Assembly: GCF_009914755.1 (NCBI RefSeq)
Contig: NC_060948.1
DNA from: the human T2T-CHM13v2.0 reference genome, Homo sapiens
Direction: 5' to 3' (one strand)
DNA: 64,000 nt
Position numbers and translations under genes: made by a program. Shown one piece after another: positions 55,513 to 64,000 of the stretch; position 1 is the first letter of the stretch; the number at the start of each line of letters is the position of its first letter. The notes beneath the pieces are model-generated. The model was not told the origin of the DNA, did not search any database, and was given only the letters and a program-made list of their open reading frames with translations.

Positions 55513-57639
55513 AGATCCATATTTTTTAAATGAAAAAAAATTTCAAAGGTACTCTGCTTGGTACAATAAACAAATGTATAAACTGAGGAATAAAACATAA
55601 CCATGAAACCTACTTATAACTGCATATGGAAAATACAGAGGATAATTTTTTAAATAACATATTTTGAAAGCCTTAACTAGTAATTTGAAGAGTTGGCATT
55701 TGAAAGGCCAGTATGAATATACCTTCAAAGCAGCAACACAGGTTCCCCATGAGAAAAAGCAAACACAGGGAAAATAAAAACACAAAGGTTCAATCTCTTC
55801 TGACCTTTGAAAGACACAGCACAGACAGTGGTCCTTAGGACGAAGAGCAGGAGACCCCTAATTCCGTCACCATGGCGATAGGGCATAAACATTGCTGGGT
55901 GAGGGCACAATCCACATTGTGAGGTCCAGCTGCTGCCAGGAAGACAGGAGTGCTTTTACATAGACCGAAAGGTCATTGAAGGCTCAGAGTTTTGTTTCAA
56001 GAACTGAATCCCAAGCACACACGTTATTAGGCTGCGCTTCTTAAAACAAGTTATGAGATGGGAAAAAGGGCACCCACAAACATACGTATACATTATGTAT
56101 ATAATAATATACAGTATCATATATATAATATATATAACCTATGTATAATATTGTTTTACATCCTGCATCTTATGTTATATATATTGTATAAAATATAATA
56201 ATTGATAATATATAAGTTTTATATTTATACAATATGACATATAGTATATATTATAATTTATGACATATGTAATATATGTTATATGTCATATATAGAATAT
56301 ATTATACGGTTAATATACGTATTAAATATAAATTATACATTATATATATTATATATAATATATCTGTTATATATAATAACCATTATGCATAATATATATA
56401 TTATGTCTATGTTATATATAGTATAAAACAACATATAATAATATATAATTGTATATGTAAAATGCGACATATAATATATATTATATTTTATAACATATGT
56501 AATATATATTATATATTATATATAATACGTTGTATGAATAATACCTATATTAAATATATATTATATGACTATGTTATTAATTACATGTCACATGTGTTAT
56601 ATATTATATATTTTACATAGAATATACCGGTTGCATACAATATATACTATGTTACCTATAATGTATAATTTATTACATGTAAAATAAAGAATGCAATATA
56701 TTATGTATAATTTATAATATACAATATGTGGAATGTGATATATATAACATATAATATATGATATATGATATACAGTATATGATATATAACATACAATATA
56801 TGATTCCTAATATATATGGTATACAATATATATTTTATGATATATATTCTATACGTTTTATATTCTGTTATATATAACTATTTGAAATTATATATAACTG
56901 TATAATATTTTATGTAAATATGTAATATAATATATATAACTATATAATATATTATATATAACTATATATTATGTTATATATACTTTTATAACATAATTTA
57001 CATAAAATATCATAATATAATATATATTATATTATTTCATATTACATAATATATATTACATATCACCCAATATAACTAACATACATAATATTATAATATA
57101 GATTATATTGTGTTATATTAAATATCATATATATCATGTATCATATATTCTATAATATATAATACACATTATATAATATGTATGTTGTCTATTATGTGAT
57201 ATATATAACTATATATATAATTATATTTTTATACATATAACTAGATAAACATGTAATTCTACATATTTTCATTTATAATATGTAGAATTATATAATCATA
57301 TATAATTTTTTATATTCTATAAATATTTTATCATTATATAAATTATAATATATAAAAATTATAATATGTACTACAAATATATATATTATATATCATATAT
57401 GCTATAGTACCTTTGTTATATATCATAATACATATAAATGTGTATTATGTTATCTATAATTATATAATTTCATATATAAGTTGTATAATATGTATCATAT
57501 ATTATATATGTTATGTAATATATATAGTATATATAAGATGACACAGGATAAATATTATATACTATGACATATAAAATATATGAGGTTATATGTTACATAT
57601 AAGGCATAGCACATAACATGTAATATATATCATATATAA

Positions 57640-57931
57640 TTTTTTTTTAGACAGAATCTTGTCCTGTTGCACAGGGTGGGGTACAATGGCGCCAATTTTG
57701 CTCACTGCAACTTCTGCCTCACGGGTCCAAGCGATTGTCCTCCCTCAGCCTCCCAGGTAGCTGGGACTACACCACACTGGGACTACACCAGCTGCCACCA
57801 TGCCTAGCTAATTTTTTGGATTTTTAGTAGTGACAGCGTTTCACTGTATTGGCCAGGATGGTCTTGATCTCTTCACCTTGTGATCCCCTTGCCTTGGCCT
57901 CCAAATTTGCTGGGATTACAGGCCTGAGCCA
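57640..57931 (-). mobile_element. Alu, unit 24 (A-type)
   Basis: CAGAATCTTG / GTGGGGTACA. Confidence 0.95.
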
Positions 57932-60036
57932 AGATCCATATTTTTTAAATGAAAAAAAATTTCAAAGGTACTCTGCTTGGTACAATAATCAAATGTATAA
58001 ACTGAGGAATAAAACATAACCATGAAACCTACTTATAACTGCGTATGGAAAATACAGAGGATAATTTTTTAAATAATATATTTTGAAAGCCTTAACTAGT
58101 AATTTGAAGAGCTGGCATTTGAAAGACCAGTATGAATATACCTTCAAAGCAGCAACACAGGTTCCCCATGAGAAAAAGCAAACACAGGGAAAATAAAAAC
58201 ACAAAGGTTCAATCTCTTCTGACCTTTGAAAGACACAGCACAGACAGTGGTCCTTAGGACGAAGAGCAGGAGACCCCTAATTCCGTCACCATGGCGATAG
58301 GGCTTAAACATTTCTGGGTGAGGGCACAATCCACATTGTGAGGTCCAACTGCTGCCAGGAAGACAGGAGTGCTTTTACATAGACCGAAAGGTCATTGAAG
58401 GCTCAGAGTTTTGTTTCAAGAACTGAATCCCAAGCCCACACGTTATTAGGCTGCGCTTCTTAAAACAAGTTATGAGATGGGAAAAAGGGCACCCACAAAC
58501 ATACGTATACATTATGTATATAATAATATACAGTATCATATATAAAATATGTATAACCTATGTATAATATTGTTTTACATCCTGCATCTTATATTATATA
58601 TATTGTATAAAATATAATAATTGATAATATATAAGTTTTATATTTATACAATATGGCATATAGTATATATTATAATTTATGACATATATAATATATGTTA
58701 CATATCATATACAGAATATATTATACGGTTAATATACGTATTAAATATAAATTATACATTATATATATTATATAAAATATATCTGTTATATATAATACCC
58801 ATTATGCATAATATATATATTATGTCTATGTTATATATAGTATAAAACAACATATAATAATATATAATTGTATATATAAAATGCGACATATAATATATAT
58901 TATATTTTATGACATATATAATATGTGTTATATATTATATATAATACGTTGTATGTATAATACCTATATTAAATATATATTATATGACTATGTTATTAAT
59001 TACATGTCACATATGTTATATATTATATATTTTACATAGAATATACCGGTTACATGCAATATATACTATGTTACCTATAATGAATAATTGATTACATGTA
59101 AAATAAAGAATGCAATATATTATGTATAATTTATAATATACAATATGTGGAATGTGACATATGTAACATATAATATATGATATATGATATACAGTATATG
59201 ATATATAACATACAATATATGATACCTAATATATATGATATACAATATATGTTTTATGATATGTATTCTATATGTTTTATATTCTGTTATATATAACTAT
59301 TTGAAATTATATATAACTGTATAATATTTTATGCAAATATGTAATATAATATATATAACTATATAATATATTATATATAACAATATATTATGTTATATAT
59401 ACTTTTATAACATAATTTACATTAAATATCATAATATAATATATATTATATTATTTCACATTACATAATATATATTACATATCACCCAATATAAGTAACA
59501 TACATAATATTATAATATAGATTATATTATGTTATATTAAATATCATATATATCATGTATCATATATTCTATAATATATATTACACATTATATAATATGT
59601 ATGTTGTCTATTATGTCATATATATAACTATATATATAATTATATTATTATACATATAACTAGATAAACATGAAATTCTACATATTTTCATTTATAATAT
59701 ATAGAATTATATAATGATATATAATTATTTATATTCTATAAAATATTATATCATTATATGAATTATAATATATAAAAATTATAATATGTACTATAAATAT
59801 ATATATTATATATCATATATGATATAGTACCTTTGTTATATATCATAATACATATAAATGTGTATTCTGTTATCTACAATTATATAATTTCATATATAAG
59901 ATATATAATATGTATTATATATTGTATATGTTATGTAATATATATAGTATATATAAGCTGACACAGGATAAATATTATATACTATGACATATAAAATATA
60001 TGAGGTTATATGTTACATATAAGGCATAGCACATAA

Positions 60037-60351
<315 letters not shown>

Positions 60352-62463
60352 AGATCCATATTTTGTAAATGAAAAAAAATTTCAAAGGTACTCTGCTTGG
60401 TACAATAATCAAATGTATAAACTCAGGAATGAAACATAACCATGAAACCCACTTATAACTGCATATGGAAAATACAGAGGATAATTTTTTAAATAACATA
60501 TTTTGAAAGCCTGAACTAGTAATTTGAAGAGTTGGCATTTGAAAGGCCAGTATGAATATACCTTCAAAGCAGCAACACAGGTTCCCCATGAGAAAAAGCA
60601 AACTCAGGGAAAATAAAACCACAAAGGTTCAATCTCTTCTGACCTTTGAAAGACACAGCACAGACAGTGGTCCTTAGGACGAAGAGCAGGAGACCCCTAA
60701 TTCCGTCACCATGGCGATAGGGCATAAACATTGCTGGGTGAGGGCACAATCCACATTGTGAGGTCCAACTGCTGCCAGGAAGACAGGAGTGCTTTTACAT
60801 AGACCGAAAGGTCATTGAAGGCTCAGAGTTTTGTTTCAAGAACTGAATCCCAAGCCCACACGTTATTAGGCTGCGCTTCTTAAAACAAGTTATGAGATGG
60901 GAAAAAGGGCACCCACAAACATACGTATACATTATGTATATAATAATATACAGTATCATATATATAATATATATAACCTATGTATAATATTGTTTTACAT
61001 CCTGCATCTTATATTATATATATTGTCTAAAATATAATAATTGATAATATATAAGTTTTATATTTATACAATATGACATATAGTATATATTATAATTTAT
61101 GACATATATAATATATGTTATATATCATATATAGAATATATTATACGGTTAATATACGTATTAAATATAAATTATACATTATATATATTATATATAATAT
61201 ATCTGTTATATATAATACCCATTATGCATAATATGTATATTATGTCTATGTTATATATAGTATAAAACAACATATAATAATATATAATTGTATATATAAA
61301 ATGGGACATATAATATATATTATATTTTATGACATATGTAATATATATTATATATTATATATAATACGTTGTATGTATAATACCTATATTAAATATATAT
61401 TATATGACTATGTTATTAATTACATGTCACATGTGTTATATATTATATATTTTACATAGAATATACCGGTTACATACAATATATACTATGTTACCTATAA
61501 TGTATAATTGATTACATGTAAAATAAAGAATGCAATATATTATGTATAATTTATAATATACAATATGTGGAATGTGATATATATAACATATAATATATGA
61601 TATATGATATACAGTATATGATATATAACATACAATATATGATTCCTAATATATATGGTATACAATATATATTTTATGATATGTATTCTATATGTTTTAT
61701 ATTCTGTTATATATAGCTATTTGAAATTATATATAACTGTATAATATTTGATGTAAATATGTAATATAATATATATAACTATATAATATATTATATATAA
61801 CTATATATTATGTTATATTTACTTTTATAACATAATTTACATAAAATATCATAATATAATATATATTATATTATTTCATATTACATAATATATATTACAT
61901 ATCACCCAATATAACTAACATACATAATATTATAATATAGATTATATTATGTTATATTAAATATCATATATATCATGTATCATATATTCTATAATATATA
62001 TTACACATTATATAATATGTATGTTGTCTATTATGTGATATATATAACTATATATATAATTATATTTTTATACATATAACTAGATAAACATGTAATTCTA
62101 CATATTTTCATTTATAATATGTAGAATTATATAATCATATATAATTATTTATATTCTATAAAAAATTTTATCATTATATAAATTATAATATATAAAAATT
62201 ATAATATGTACTACAAATATATATATTATATATCATATATGATATAGTACCTTTGTTATATATCATAATACATATAAATGTGTATTATGTTATCTATAAT
62301 TATATAATTTCATATATAAGATGTATAATATGTATTATATATTGTATATGTTATGTAATGTATATAGTATATATAAGCTGACACTGGATAAATATTATAT
62401 ACTATGACATATAAAATATATGAGGTTATATGTTACATATAAGGCATAGCACATAACATGTAA

Positions 62464-62772
<309 letters not shown>

Positions 62773-64000
62773 AGATCCATATTTTTTAAATGAAAAAAAA
62801 TTTCAAAGGTACTCTGCTTGGTACAATAATCAAATGTATAAACTGAGGAATAAAACATAACCATGAAACCTACTTATAACTGCATATGGAAAATACAGAG
62901 GATAATTTTTTAAATAACATATTTTGAAAGCCTTAACTAGTAATTTGAAGAGTTGGCATTTGAAAGGCCAGTATGAATATACCTTCAAAGCAGCAACACA
63001 GGTTCCCCATGAGAAAAAGCAAACACAGGGAAAATAAAAACACAAAGGTTCAATCTCTTCTGACCTTTGAAAGACACAGCACAGACAGTGGTCCTTAGGA
63101 CGAAGAGCAGGAGACCCCTAATTCCGTCACCATGGCGATAGGGCATAAATATTGCTGGGTGAGGGCACAATCCACATTGTGAGGTCCAACTGCTGCCAGG
63201 AAGACAGGAGTGCTTTTACATAGACCGAAAGGTCATTGAAGGCTCAGAGTTTTGTTTCAAGAACTGAATCCCAAGCCCACACGTTATTAGGCTGCGCTTC
63301 TTAAAACAAGTTATGAGATGGGAAAAAGGGCACCCACACACATACGTATACATTATGTATATAATAATATACAGTGTCATATATATAATATATATAACCT
63401 ATTTATAATATAGTTTTACATCCTGCATCTTATGTTATTTATATTGTATAAAATATAATAATTGATAATATATAAGTTTTATAATTATACAATATGACAT
63501 ATAGTATATATTATAATTTATGACATATATAATATATGTTATATATCATATATAGAATATATTATACGGTTAATATACGTATTAAATATAAATTATACAT
63601 TATATATATTATATATAATATATCTGTTATATATAATACACATTATGCATAATATATATATTATGTCTATGTTATATATAGTATAAAACAACATATAATA
63701 ATATATAATTGTATATATAAAATGCGACATATAATATATATTATATTTTATAACATATGTAATATATATTATATATTATATATAATACCTTGTATGTATA
63801 ATACCTATATTAAATATATATTATATGACTATGTTATTAATTACATGTCACATGTGTTATATATTATATATTTTACATAGAATATACCGGTTACATACAA
63901 TATATACTATGTTACCTATAATGTATAATTTATTACATGTAAAATAAAGAATGCAATATATTATGTATAATTTATAATATACAATATGTGGAATGTGATA

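Overview
The whole 64-kb window is one uninterrupted head-to-tail tandem array of a ~2.42-kb unit: 26 complete copies plus a partial 27th, all in the same orientation, with periods of 2409-2421 bp (mode 2420). Each unit has three parts: a ~570-bp moderately GC-balanced unique-like segment (HSATI-like), a ~1.56-kb extremely AT-rich degenerate (TA)-type domain, and a ~290-bp diverged minus-strand Alu lacking its first ~12 nt. This architecture, the unit length and a predicted ~2.15-kb HaeIII fragment match the known human DYZ2/HSat1B satellite, most likely Yq12 heterochromatin. That identification is from recall, not from a database search. I find no credible protein-coding genes, RNA genes or CRISPR arrays; the ORFs are by-products of the repeat. 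I cannot support a new gene-based biological system here. The most interesting signal is the internal structure of the array: two unit subfamilies (A and B) in alternating blocks, chimeric units with mappable switch points, and local 1-, 2- and 3-unit duplications plus long-range 8- and 16-unit relationships. Each unit also carries candidate protein-binding motifs. Units are numbered U1-U27 with starts at 1, 2421, 4841, 7259, 9670, 12088, 14508, 16921, 19330, 21751, 24171, 26591, 29009, 31429, 33849, 36269, 38689, 41104, 43524, 45936, 48351, 50771, 53190, 55603, 58022, 60442, 62863. All variant calls were made by eye and need confirmation by alignment.
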